DNA of 64,000 bases from a virus. Taxonomy: Duplodnaviria; Heunggongvirae; Uroviricota; Caudoviricetes. This document shows, one piece after another, positions 18,304-28,277 of this stretch (its first letter is position 1; each line of letters starts with the position of its first letter). The DNA lies in IMG/VR virus record IMGVR_UViG_2740892441_000001. One strand, written 5' to 3'. The notes under the pieces were generated by a model. That model saw only the letters and a program-made list of their open reading frames with translations. It searched no databases and was not told where the DNA came from. The position numbers and the translations under genes were made by a program.

Positions 18304-18406
18304 AATTGCACCATTAAGAAGTGATTTGTTTAATGGTGCAATTATTTCAAAAATGAAAAGGTACTAAATAGAAATAAACAGGCAATCCTTCAAATAAAGG
18401 CATTGG

Positions 18407-19305
18407 CTAATCATACTTGGAGGTATTTATCACCAGAATTTTGTTTGTATAAATCTTCTTAATATCCCATGTGACATTACCGGAATACCATTGACCGTTA
18501 TATACTTGGTTTCCAGTTGCACCTGTCATTGTTACATAGACAGGTCTGTCGTAATCGGTTCGTCTATAGTTATATACCCCAACCATAGCAGGCATTACCG
18601 CACATGGATACCCCATATCTATTGTAAATTGAGGGTCAGAAATAGTGATAAGTTTCGCATCAAGGGGCATCATCTCACCGTGATACACCATTGCGCCTGC
18701 GCTGTTATACATGGCAATGCCATAGCCAGAATGTGGTAACACCATATCAGAAAAAGCATAAACTGTTATTGTTCCGGGGCTACCATTTACCTGATGCAAT
18801 CTGAGAGCATTGTATCCGTTACTATGCTCATGAATAAACATCATGTTCGCCTTATTACTGCTTTTTATGAAAAAAAAACATGATTTGTTTGATGGGATTG
18901 ATGTTTGAAAAACAGAACCTTTAGATGTAGACATTGTCCCTTTATTAATCAGATTTTGCGGAGTAAATTCTGGACTCATCCACAAACTTCCATCTGATTG
19001 AGTAATTGACATCCCGAACATAATTATCCCCAGTATGTGTATATGTAAGAACCAAGCCCTGTATATAAATTTGACCAACTAACCGTATTTCCATTAATTG
19101 TCACTGTTGGAATAGGTAAATCGATATAGTTGTCGTTGTTAAGAGGCATCAGTGACCATACAGCATGTAGCGATTTACCCGGTGGTGGATTGGAGTACGT
19201 CTTAGAGCCTGATGACGCCGTAAATCGATCAAGAAAAAAAATAGGTGTAAGGAAGCCTGTAACGTTAATTCCTTTATTGTTGTAAATCCCTGTACCGTAT
19301 GCCAT
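18407..19305 (-). pseudogene. AT-rich N/Y/G/T-rich ORF split by a frameshift (two overlapping ORFs 19024-19305 and 18407-19078)
   Basis: Markedly lower GC than neighbours; A-homopolymers at the ORF overlap. Confidence 0.35.
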
Positions 19306-19359
19306 TTTTCATCCTTGTTTTTATCAACATAATATGGCCGATCATGCGGCCATATCAGA

Positions 19360-19929
19360 TCAATTAGAGCTTTGAAAGGCTTTGTGTGGCTGTGTTGCGA
19401 GGTTATGTCGATGACTTAACTCACGCATCATGTCTTCAAGGCGACTCTTTGTGTCGTCGAGTTGATCAGCCATTGCTCCCAAAAGCTGACGAACGGCCAT
19501 CGGATCGTCGCTGTTTAGTGATGGCATTTTATAACCCGCCTGAGAAGACATCAGATTGAACGCAGACATCAACATCGTTAGAGAGGATTTAAGCCCGGCA
19601 ATTTCACGATCTTTGCTGGCAATAATCGTCTCACTTTTGTTACCGTCATGAGTTCCTTGAGTCTCGCTCACCATATCCAAAGTCGCTTGCAACTTATCAG
19701 CTCTCTCTTTTTCAGCAAGGTAATGAACACCGAAATGATGTGCTAAAGCTACAACCTGAGTTGGTTCTTCAAAGGTGGAATTAAAATTAAGTACTGTAAA
19801 CAGTCTCTCAAATATGGAAACGTCTTCTGTTCCCCGAACAATGCCTAACATTTTGACAAGTTCATTAGCATCCATTTCTTCGAATAGGGCGTTTTGTTCA
19901 TCAGCTATTGCTTTGCATTTCTCGCACAT
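19360..19929 (-). CDS. hypothetical protein
   Basis: 189 aa; promoter motif upstream. Confidence 0.5.
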   Translation of the reverse strand: MCEKCKAIADEQNALFEEMDANELVKMLGIVRGTEDVSIFERLFTVLNFNSTFEEPTQVVALAHHFGVHYLAEKERADKLQATLDMVSETQGTHDGNKSETIIASKDREIAGLKSSLTMLMSAFNLMSSQAGYKMPSLNSDDPMAVRQLLGAMADQLDDTKSRLEDMMRELSHRHNLATQPHKAFQSSN

Positions 19930-19947
19930 GTGTTTTCCTTAATGCTT

Positions 19948-19995
19948 AAACAAGTTGTTTTCTTATTGGCTTTATTGTGATGTGACATAAAAGGG
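19948..19995 (-). promoter_or_regulatory. conserved early-promoter-like motif
   Basis: AAACAAGTTGTTTTCTTATTGGCTTTATTGTGATG. Confidence 0.35.
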
Positions 19996-20226
19996 GAGCA
20001 AGCTAAACGTAAAGGTGCAAACTCTCTATTTCGGTCAACGAAACACAAGGGCCAAATGGCCCTTGTCATTAACACGTTGCTTTACGGACTAGCGGATAAG
20101 CGAAGTAGATCGCCAGACCAATGAGGACGCCATCAGAAATGACAGACATCATCTTTCCCGTAAAATCCACCAACACCGCCATCACCAGAAGAGCAATGAC
20201 GGTCACAAGCCGGAATCTCTCAAGCA

Positions 20227-20652
20227 TTAGAGATAAGCATCCAGTGACAACTGAAGCGCCTGGGCGATCTTTTTCAGCGCCAGCTCTTCTGGTTCATCAA
20301 TGCCGTCTTGGTCGGCAATATCAAGGCACAGACACAGTACATCTACTGCATCATCAGTCCCGGCCACATCCGCCAGCTCACGTAAAGCCTGGGCATTAGC
20401 ACGGCGCGGTGAGGCTTCGTATTGAGCGCGGATATTGGCGCTCATCTGGGCAATCTCACCAGCAAAAGGAGAAAATGCAGGCAGAGCTGCAATTGTTTTC
20501 TCAAGAATGGAAATTTCTTTTGCGTCACATGTACCGTTGGCATAGGAGATCATGTACCCGCCCCACACGGTGGCTTCAACCGCATCACGGTTCTCCATTT
20601 TTTTGACTTCGATAACTGCTTTACGAGTTTTCTTTTTGAAGAAACCTAACAT
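20227..20652 (-). CDS. TerB-like domain protein (tentative)
   Basis: C-terminal DQDGIDEPEELALKKIAQALQLS resembles the TerB signature. Confidence 0.4.
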   Translation of the reverse strand: MLGFFKKKTRKAVIEVKKMENRDAVEATVWGGYMISYANGTCDAKEISILEKTIAALPAFSPFAGEIAQMSANIRAQYEASPRRANAQALRELADVAGTDDAVDVLCLCLDIADQDGIDEPEELALKKIAQALQLSLDAYL

Positions 20653-20745
20653 GTGTTTTCCTTTTGTTATTTGTCAAAACAAGTTGTTTTCTAGTTAAAT
20701 AAATTGCTTACGCAAAGACGGTCAATGCATAGGCACTAACAGCCG

Positions 20746-20937
20746 TCAGAAATAACCAAGTACCGAACCAACTGGAAAAACAAAAATCCCAACTACACGA
20801 GCCAAGGTCATGCCAGCCTGAAACTGGAGATCACCAGAGCAAACAAGTTTTATAATGTTCGATACCCAACCGGCGGCCATGAGGCCAGAATTGCCAGCCA
20901 AATTTTTCCAAAGTGATTTGAAAACCAGTTCATACAA
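20746..20937 (-). CDS. hypothetical small membrane protein
   Basis: 63 aa hydrophobic ORF. Confidence 0.3.
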   Translation of the reverse strand: MYELVFKSLWKNLAGNSGLMAAGWVSNIIKLVCSGDLQFQAGMTLARVVGIFVFPVGSVLGYF

Positions 20938-20942
20938 CCGCC

Positions 20943-21437
20943 TTAGTCACAGCATGATCCTGAGTAACTGGATGAACTTGAGGTATCGCATCCACCGCCA
21001 TCCCATCCAGAGTGACAGGACGCTCCACTGGAGTGGTGGTAATTGTCGTCGACGAAGGTGTGGTGATGGATGAATCCGGCATCAAAAGGCTCTGACCGGC
21101 TGGAACGGCTACCGTCGCCAGTGAAACTATAATGAGAACGTAGGCCATTGGTTTCAGCCTCTTTCTTTGAAAATTTTCCATCCGAACGGTCCTTGTTATT
21201 TTTCTCCTTCACTAAAGGCCGTGCATTTTTCGCTTCACATGAAGAACTGGAGGTTACAATCGCCCCCACGTTCGCAACAACTGACGCTTGCTTATCTAAA
21301 CGTGCCTTCAGCACCAGAACGGTAGTTTCCAATTCATCAAGACGTGACAGAAGGCGACCGCTAAATAATTCGGCCAAAATTTGACGTAAAGAACGAGGGC
21401 GTTTAGTTGCAGGAGTTAAAAAAAATTGACGTGCCAT
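20943..21437 (-). CDS. hypothetical protein (3-prime part low-complexity, may be out of frame)
   Basis: 164 aa ORF; overlapping alternative ORF 20930-21181 has a signal-peptide-like segment. Confidence 0.3.
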   Translation of the reverse strand: MARQFFLTPATKRPRSLRQILAELFSGRLLSRLDELETTVLVLKARLDKQASVVANVGAIVTSSSSCEAKNARPLVKEKNNKDRSDGKFSKKEAETNGLRSHYSFTGDGSRSSRSEPFDAGFIHHHTFVDDNYHHSSGASCHSGWDGGGCDTSSSSSYSGSCCD

Positions 21438-21582
21438 ATGGACTCCATCCAGTGTCAGAAAGAGTTGCGGCTGGCGATTGCCAGCCGCCTTTCTCGTTCC
21501 ATCCTGGAACTGTGTCTTACCGACACATTGTCATCCTGACGCCGATAAGATACATGATTTAAAATGATAGGTAAACACTTAC

Positions 21583-22176
21583 TTACTGCTTGTTATAAAC
21601 AAAACCAATATCTTTCTTGTGAGGCATATCTGCTGCGGAAAAAGCTGCGATCTTCGCGAGTCGATCACATATTTCATTTTCACGATGCCCGGCGTGACCT
21701 TTAACCCACTTCCAGCGAACATTATGTCGACTTGCGGCCTCATCCAGACGCTTCCACAGATCAACATTCTTTACCGGTTTTTTGTCAGAAGTCATCCATC
21801 CATTGCGTTTCCAGAATTTCATCCACTGTGTCATGCCGTTTTTCAGATACTGGCTATCAGAGTGCATAATAACGTTGCATGGATATTTCAAACGCTCCAG
21901 CCCGATAAGTGCCCCCATCATCTCCATGCGGTTATTGGTGGTGCTATGAAAACCATCTGAGAACTCGCGTTCCTCACCACGATACTGGAGAACTATACCG
22001 TAACCGCCCGGGCCACCCGGATTTTTAAGGCAAGAGCCATCACTGAAGATTTTCACGGTTTTAAGCTGGGGATTGAACTCTACGACAGGCGTTGTGGGAT
22101 TGGTGCGGGGAGAATTTTTGTTTTTGTCTTTTTTGCGAGTTTTTGCTTGCGACCGGGCTGGTGTCTTCGACGTCAT
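21583..22176 (-). CDS. rnhA: ribonuclease HI
   Basis: [10 protein letters not shown]...[11 protein letters not shown]...HSDSQY...[12 protein letters not shown] matches RNase HI; start set at ATG after AGGAG RBS. Confidence 0.75.
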   Translation of the reverse strand: MTSKTPARSQAKTRKKDKNKNSPRTNPTTPVVEFNPQLKTVKIFSDGSCLKNPGGPGGYGIVLQYRGEEREFSDGFHSTTNNRMEMMGALIGLERLKYPCNVIMHSDSQYLKNGMTQWMKFWKRNGWMTSDKKPVKNVDLWKRLDEAASRHNVRWKWVKGHAGHRENEICDRLAKIAAFSAADMPHKKDIGFVYNKQ

Positions 22177-22756
22177 ATAAACTCCTGAATCAAGCGCCGC
22201 GCCGTTTTTTCCTCGCGCGTGCGCACACACGTGCGTGTAATAATTATTAAAATAAACAAATTACTTCCCAGTACAGGTTTTTATAAACCTGAACTGAACG
22301 AACGAAGTGAGTGAAGTTCACCTCGAACGAAGTGAGAGGTTGTCTTTTCAGGTAATACTCTCCCAGGGAGGTGAGTATAAAATTCCTCACCAACCTGGTC
22401 GTTTCATAACCTGAAAAGCTATGGTCTAAGTCTACTGCCAGCTTAGACTTGGGAAGTTATGGATGACAGCACCCCAGAACCGAGATCTTCCCACACTTTA
22501 TGAAGGGGAGTACTGGATTCAACCTCTCGAAACACCCCAGACTCGACAATCATAAAGTGACCCTTGTCTCCGCTCACTTTGGTTCCCCCTTCCCCGACAC
22601 CTAAACGGCACCGGTTCTACGCTGGTAGTGAGCTTTTTTAAACCTGACGCCAGTGACGCTTACCCCCACCCATCAGGTCGAGTCTCCAGTCTACGACTGG
22701 AAACTATCAGATCTTAGCACTTACAATTCATCTTATGAATAGTTTGTACTTATCTA

Positions 22757-22987
22757 TCATTTCGATTGATTATTTTCTCGACCATGTAGTTGAACATTCA
22801 AGGCAAACACCTCGTTAATCAACTCACCTAAAAGCTGTTCAACAAGTTCGCGATGCTCCCCAAGATGCAAGCACTTAATTGCCCATTCGTACAAGTTGAA
22901 AGCCTGCTCGCGATCTTTCATCATTTCACGGGCCTGGGCCAGAAAATCGCTCTCTACGAGCGCAACGACATTAGTCGGGTATGACAT
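22757..22987 (-). CDS. hypothetical small protein
   Basis: Start refined to ATG with AAGGAAA RBS (76 aa). Confidence 0.4.
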   Translation of the reverse strand: MSYPTNVVALVESDFLAQAREMMKDREQAFNLYEWAIKCLHLGEHRELVEQLLGELINEVFALNVQLHGRENNQSK

Positions 22988-23172
22988 GTTAGTTTCCTTA
23001 AAGTGATTCATAAAATCGATTTTAAAGCGTCTGGGAAGGGGTTCTAGTGGATTCTGTAGTGATGTTCAGGTCTGGAGTCTCTGATACAAAACAGCCTGCT
23101 TCCGTATATTAATAATTAATATGTAGTTATTTATATATACAGAAGCAGGCTAATTACAGACGCCAGAACAAA

Positions 23173-23766
23173 CTAAGCAGCCTTCTTTGATGGTCTTTTT
23201 TTCCTGATCACATTCGCAGGATCATACCCTCCCAGACTTTTCATGACGTCCAAAGGGATCTTGCTTATAGAGTGCCCAGCGTCCTGACAGAATCCTCGAA
23301 AAACAACGAGCATACTGCCACCTGGGTTGATGTTTACTTCTACCTGACCCAGATTGACGTCAGGCTCGACAAACGCTACGCGGCCACCAGACAGAATAAT
23401 CGTCTCATTCGCACACTCTGTTGCACGCTCATACCACTTTGTATCTAGGGATTGAGGAATTAGCATCACTGTTGTAACTCCGCGAGCCTGCTCACGTATA
23501 GCCGCATCAATCCAGGGGGAGATTTTGGAGTAGGGTGGATTGAGGAAGGCAATTGTACCTGGCTGTCCCCATTCAGATTTCAAAGCATCACGCTCAACGC
23601 CTATGAAATTAGGCAGCTTTGCATTGTCCTTGTTGCAGGCAACGTCAACATCAAATGTCACTCCAAGATAACGTTGAATGGCAGAAAACAGCCAGTCAGG
23701 TGTTCTCCAGAGGTCACGAAGAGAGTTGTCGCGCTTTCGCTGTTTGATTTTTTCGGCTGCAATCAT
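23173..23766 (-). CDS. phage Dam-family N6-adenine DNA methyltransferase
   Basis: LWRTPDWLF...FDVDVA...AFLNPPYS signature of phage-type Dam MTases. Confidence 0.7.
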   Translation of the reverse strand: MIAAEKIKQRKRDNSLRDLWRTPDWLFSAIQRYLGVTFDVDVACNKDNAKLPNFIGVERDALKSEWGQPGTIAFLNPPYSKISPWIDAAIREQARGVTTVMLIPQSLDTKWYERATECANETIILSGGRVAFVEPDVNLGQVEVNINPGGSMLVVFRGFCQDAGHSISKIPLDVMKSLGGYDPANVIRKKRPSKKAA

Positions 23767-23777
23767 CTTCTTTCTCG

Positions 23778-23797
23778 ATAGGTAAGTAAATACCTAT
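23778..23797. promoter_or_regulatory. palindrome ATAGGTA-AGTAAA-TACCTAT (motif B) just upstream of Dam RBS
   Basis: 7-bp inverted repeat. Confidence 0.3.
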
Positions 23798-23949
23798 TTT
23801 TGCATTTGATTTTATGTCTGGCAATCAAATAAAACGCGCCAGAAATGCAAACGAGAAGCTCTCTGGCGCGTTTTTGTGGTGCTGGGTATGTGATTGGCTT
23901 ACCCAGCACTATAAAGCTCTCTATGGGCTTTATTTTCAGTAGGGGAACG

Positions 23950-24759
23950 TCATCCAATAGTGTACTCCGCGACAAACTTCTTAACGATCGGTGATTCTTC
24001 GTTCAATGTTAGATTTCCACCGCCTCTAACGGCAATTCCTGTCGCTGGAAATACAGCCATCATTTGCCCAGCCTGAGTTGACGCAGTGTTAAGCGGATAC
24101 GGTTTTTCTGGATTGCTCATTAAAGCAATCTTAATACTATTACTTGTAGCCTTCTTTTCTGTGAGAAGGTGTCTCATGGAAATTACCGTGTAAACACTAA
24201 TATCTGGACCTCCGCTAAACCAATTAAGAAGGTTTAATATCTTATCCTTTGCTTTGACAGGCGCGTTATCGTAAGCGTCTAAGAAAATATCTTTTTCTAA
24301 GCCCGCTTTATTGAAAAACGAATCATCTTTATCACTTAAAGTAAAACGAGGACCTCTTGCAGTACGAGCTTTTTTATTTGTATTGCTATCATTTGACTGT
24401 TGAACTTTTAATTCATCATTAACCTCAACACACTCTTCAACCTCAATAAATCCCAATTGTTCTGGCTCGTTTTCGGCAGCTTCAACACTTTCAGCGTTAA
24501 TTACGTTTATAGGCTCATGCGCTAACTCCAACTCATTTAAAGCAGAGCTGAAATCACCTGCTTTTTCTTCATTGAACAGTTCTTCGGCAACATCATCAGA
24601 ACTCATGGCTACGCCAGCATCTAGGCCGAGCAGCAGATCGTCAATATCATCAGTATTTTCAACCTGTGCAGCTTTTTTTACTGGTTCATCAAGTGATTGC
24701 AACATGGCTGTCAGCTCGTCCAGATCATCATTTGTCATTACATTTTCAACCGAACTCAT
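23950..24759 (-). CDS. hypothetical acidic protein
   Basis: 269 aa, D/E-rich N-terminal half. Confidence 0.45.
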   Translation of the reverse strand: MSSVENVMTNDDLDELTAMLQSLDEPVKKAAQVENTDDIDDLLLGLDAGVAMSSDDVAEELFNEEKAGDFSSALNELELAHEPINVINAESVEAAENEPEQLGFIEVEECVEVNDELKVQQSNDSNTNKKARTARGPRFTLSDKDDSFFNKAGLEKDIFLDAYDNAPVKAKDKILNLLNWFSGGPDISVYTVISMRHLLTEKKATSNSIKIALMSNPEKPYPLNTASTQAGQMMAVFPATGIAVRGGGNLTLNEESPIVKKFVAEYTIG

Positions 24760-24917
24760 GTAAGTCTCCTTCTGTTTGGTTACATTTGCGTTTCGATGGC
24801 TACATTTTGACTAAACCTATCAGGCGGAAAAGTATTAAATACAGGCAGGAAATGATTGAAAGGCGACTGTTCTTTAAAAGAAAGCCTACTTTAAACTTTT
24901 TAAAGTAGGCTTTTGTT

Positions 24918-25466
24918 TTACACAATTTCAGAGGGTAATTTAAAAAATCCGTACTTATTACGTGCCTTAAAGAAGCATTGCATCATTAAGTTTGTGTCAT
25001 ATAAGGCACTATGTGCTTTGGCATGATCGTATATAAAGCCAAGAGAGAAGGCCAACTCTTCAAGGCGGGGACGTTTACCGTCTTCTGTGGCCCACAGGGA
25101 AAATAGAGTGTCAATCAATGGGATGTCTGGAAGCGAAAAACCGTAACTTTTCAGCTCATGCCTAATAAACGGAATATCGAACGCTTCGCCGTTGTGGGCT
25201 ATCCAAATATCGGAAGAAGAGAGATACGAAGCGACAGATGAAGCGTGATCGGCTAGTAACGGCTCGGCGGCTAAATCTTCAAGACTGATGCCGTGTACCG
25301 CTTGCGCTTTCGGATCGATACTGCGACGCGGGTTGAACCGCATTGCAAAACTATCAACCATTGTCTGTGTCTCAATTTCGTACTTCACCATTGCGATTTC
25401 AATGATTTTATGGCCTGAGAGGAAATCAAGACCTGTTGATTCGATGTCCACCCCTGTAGCAATCAC
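24918..25466 (-). CDS. DnaQ-like 3-5 proofreading exonuclease (DEDDh)
   Basis: Exo motifs DIESTGL, HNGEAFDIPF, HSALYD. Confidence 0.7.
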   Translation of the reverse strand: MIATGVDIESTGLDFLSGHKIIEIAMVKYEIETQTMVDSFAMRFNPRRSIDPKAQAVHGISLEDLAAEPLLADHASSVASYLSSSDIWIAHNGEAFDIPFIRHELKSYGFSLPDIPLIDTLFSLWATEDGKRPRLEELAFSLGFIYDHAKAHSALYDTNLMMQCFFKARNKYGFFKLPSEIV

Positions 25467-26257
25467 TTTTTATCTCCTTTTACTGGTCGTTTGGACGGTG
25501 TGAAGATGGCAGCTTCAACATCCCACCCCCTCAAAATTCGCTGCGAGATAATGGTCGCAGTCAAGCCAACCTCTCTAGCCCATTCGGTAATTCGCTGAGT
25601 TCTGCCGCGACACTCGATCAGACGCTTACTATCTCGGTTGGCATACGTGTCGACGCTGGCGTTAAGCGCGCGATCTAATGGCCACCCTTTCTTGATTCGA
25701 TAGTGAAGAGTTGATGTCTGAATCCCGGCTCTTTTAGCCCATTGTGAGAGAGTCAGCTTTTCCCCCTTATGCTCCAAAATTAAGTTTGAACGCGTGTTAT
25801 TGGCCTGTTCTTCAAAAGTCGCCCATCTGCAATTTTCAGGTTCGTAGTCACCATTCACATCTTTGCGATCAAGAGACATCCCCTCTGGTCGCTCTCCCAT
25901 GTCAGCATAAAAGTTTTCAAATATTTGCCACCGCTCGCAGACTTTGATACCTCGGCCGCCATACCACTTATAGGCGTGATGGGTTGGTTTTTCACATCGT
26001 TCCCGCATACCCAGCCATATACGATAAATTGGCGTTTTACTCATACCATGAGGCTTTACGCTACGGCGATGTGCGTTGTAGACACAGCCACACGATATTG
26101 TCGCCCCGTGATTTAGCTTCCCGTAACTAACCAGGCAGGTGTTGCCGCAATCGCAGATGCAATCCCAAAGTCGCCCTTGTTTGTTTGAAATACCGGAATA
26201 TTTAAGTGCAACCAACTTTCCAAAACGTTTACCTGTTATGTCTACCGGTTGTCCCAT
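25463..26257 (-). CDS. HNH-family homing-endonuclease-like protein
   Basis: Cys cluster; DRKDVNGDYEPENCRWATFEEQANN HNH-like motif; C-terminal helix-turn-helix-like repeats. Confidence 0.55.
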   Translation of the reverse strand: MGQPVDITGKRFGKLVALKYSGISNKQGRLWDCICDCGNTCLVSYGKLNHGATISCGCVYNAHRRSVKPHGMSKTPIYRIWLGMRERCEKPTHHAYKWYGGRGIKVCERWQIFENFYADMGERPEGMSLDRKDVNGDYEPENCRWATFEEQANNTRSNLILEHKGEKLTLSQWAKRAGIQTSTLHYRIKKGWPLDRALNASVDTYANRDSKRLIECRGRTQRITEWAREVGLTATIISQRILRGWDVEAAIFTPSKRPVKGDKK

Positions 26258-26266
26258 TACTACTCC

Positions 26267-26685
26267 TTACAACTTCTTAGCGCCCTTAAGTAGTGCGCTA
26301 CGTACAAATTGAGCCGCTTTTTTCAAAGTTTCTTCACTGGTTTCACAGACAACCGGATCTTTCCACTTACCTGACGCCGTGTTGAGAATGTTGATTTGGT
26401 TGCTATCCAGACAAACAGAGACGTAAAGCACCGTGCCACCAGCCAGCATCAAATGCATAGGAAACAGAGGCTTTTTACTGCCTTCACTGAACTGAGACAT
26501 GGCGATGTTAATGCTTCACCTACTTGTGCGCCAACAAGCCCTTGCGCAATTTCGAATACGGTACGAATAGCCAGACGAGCCTCTCGATCGCTCATAAGCG
26601 ACCGGGAATGTTCGTCCGCTACACGAATCAAAGCCTCTGTTGTTTTCCGATCCAGTTCATCTTCAAGTAACATTTCACTAAACAT
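26267..26685 (-). CDS. hypothetical protein, possibly one gene split by a frameshift (ORFs 26449-26685 and 26267-26500)
   Basis: Two same-strand overlapping ORFs in different frames. Confidence 0.3.
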
Positions 26686-26746
26686 TTTTTATCCTTAACC
26701 CATTTTGAGAGTTTTATTGTCGCAATGTCGAAGAGGCGAACAATTT

Positions 26747-27391
26747 CTAATGAACGGTCACTCGGCCACAGAACCGGTTTTCTATCTTTTCTACAGCGTT
26801 ATCTAGCATTCTCATCACTGATCTGGCTCTTGCTTCAACCGTGCGATATCGGTTGGAAACGACGAAGGTTTGCAGATCCCCCCTTTGCGGATGCAGGTGA
26901 ATTTTTGTCAGTTCCCCGCACATCAACGCATCAATACGAGCGACATACAGACGGTCTAATGATGCTCGTTGTGATCGCAAGTAATCTCGCTCTGAGAGAG
27001 CGACTCCCGGGCGTAAGCCAGCAATGGCGTTAAAGTTTGAAATAGCAGTTTTGTGGCAAAACTTTTCGATATCGAGGGCTAACTCAATACATCGATCTTC
27101 ATTGGTATGGCCGACCAAATCCAACGTGTAGGCCATAACATCAGCAGGTGTGCGATCGATAACAAAGCCTTCAACACCACGCGTAAGTAGCTCTATATGC
27201 TTTGCTATTTCCATTTGAATCTGAAGCCGCTCATATAGAGGCATAGACTCACCTACTCGAACACCGAGTCGGCTCATCAAACTTCCGACACCAGCATCCA
27301 CGTAAGGGATTCCGTAATGTTTGTCGATATATTTTGCCAGGGTTGTTTTCCCACTGCCCTGAGCACCAGTGATCCCAATCCGGTAATCCAT
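26747..27391 (-). CDS. P-loop kinase, putative deoxynucleoside monophosphate kinase
   Basis: N-terminal GITGAQGSGKTT Walker A; nucleotide-metabolism gene neighbourhood. Confidence 0.5.
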   Translation of the reverse strand: MDYRIGITGAQGSGKTTLAKYIDKHYGIPYVDAGVGSLMSRLGVRVGESMPLYERLQIQMEIAKHIELLTRGVEGFVIDRTPADVMAYTLDLVGHTNEDRCIELALDIEKFCHKTAISNFNAIAGLRPGVALSERDYLRSQRASLDRLYVARIDALMCGELTKIHLHPQRGDLQTFVVSNRYRTVEARARSVMRMLDNAVEKIENRFCGRVTVH

Positions 27392-27866
27392 TACGACCTT
27401 CTGTATACGATCTGCGAAAAGCCAGGCTCTTCCTCGCTGGCTCGTTGGGTATAAGCTGTTTCAACAGGCACAAAGCCTAAGTTACGCATCATGCTTGCCG
27501 GGAAGAATGCATCGGCGTTTGGTACATCAACGCCGATGTGGGAGAGCCAAATCTCTTCAACATGCGGCATGAATAGCGAGTAAATTTGTTCCCCGCCAAT
27601 CACCCACACAGGCTCTGGTAATCGCAACACATCATCCACACCAGCAGGTAGAATCCATTTGGTACAAAGCCATGAGAGCGCGTCAAAACGAGGTTATGAC
27701 GCTCTGGAAGAGGGCGTTTGAGACTTTCCATCGTTTTACGCCCCATAACGACAGTGGCGTTTTTGGTGAGTCTCTTAAATAGCTTCAGATCGGTAGAACA
27801 ACGCCAGGGGAGTTCATTCGCTATGCCGATCTCATAGTTACGGCCAACAGCAGCGATCATCTTCAT
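27391..27866 (-). CDS. frd: dihydrofolate reductase, apparent frameshift between N- and C-terminal halves
   Basis: N-half [21 protein letters not shown]...VMGRKT and C-half [10 protein letters not shown]... match DHFR in two overlapping frames. Confidence 0.6.
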
Positions 27867-28276
27867 TTGCTCACCTCATAGATGACCGGTCGATGGTGAG
27901 AGTCGGCTAAAGCGGCACGGAGTCGAGGATCGTGCACCAGCGCAGCGATAAGCAGATCGCCTTTATGCTCCGCTAATGTGCGCTTAATATGCTTCTCATA
28001 ACTGGTGCCATTCGGTACGAGATGAAGCCAGTCATAATCAACGCCAAAATCTTTCAGCCATCGTTTAGTTGGCGCTTCAAGAGTTTCAGAGCGGCTACTG
28101 ATAAGCACCACTTCAGCCCCTGAGCGAGCAAAACCACGCAACATACGGCTGGTGGGGAAAATGAGTTCATCACCGGCAATGAGCTGGCCTGCATCCGCGT
28201 CAGATACTGATTTACGATGGCTGGCATTTGCCAGCACACCTTCAATTTCGCATAAGACATACATACCTCTTGCCAT
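27863..28276 (-). CDS. hypothetical protein
   Basis: Start set at internal ATG adjacent to thyA stop. Confidence 0.4.
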   Translation of the reverse strand: MARGMYVLCEIEGVLANASHRKSVSDADAGQLIAGDELIFPTSRMLRGFARSGAEVVLISSRSETLEAPTKRWLKDFGVDYDWLHLVPNGTSYEKHIKRTLAEHKGDLLIAALVHDPRLRAALADSHHRPVIYEVSK

Positions 28277-28277
28277 A

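Noticed and set aside
23763-23975. 70 aa minus-strand ORF between the Dam gene and the acidic protein gene
   Set aside because: Overlaps the motif B palindrome and the Dam upstream region; no RBS; probably spurious, though a small gene cannot be excluded.
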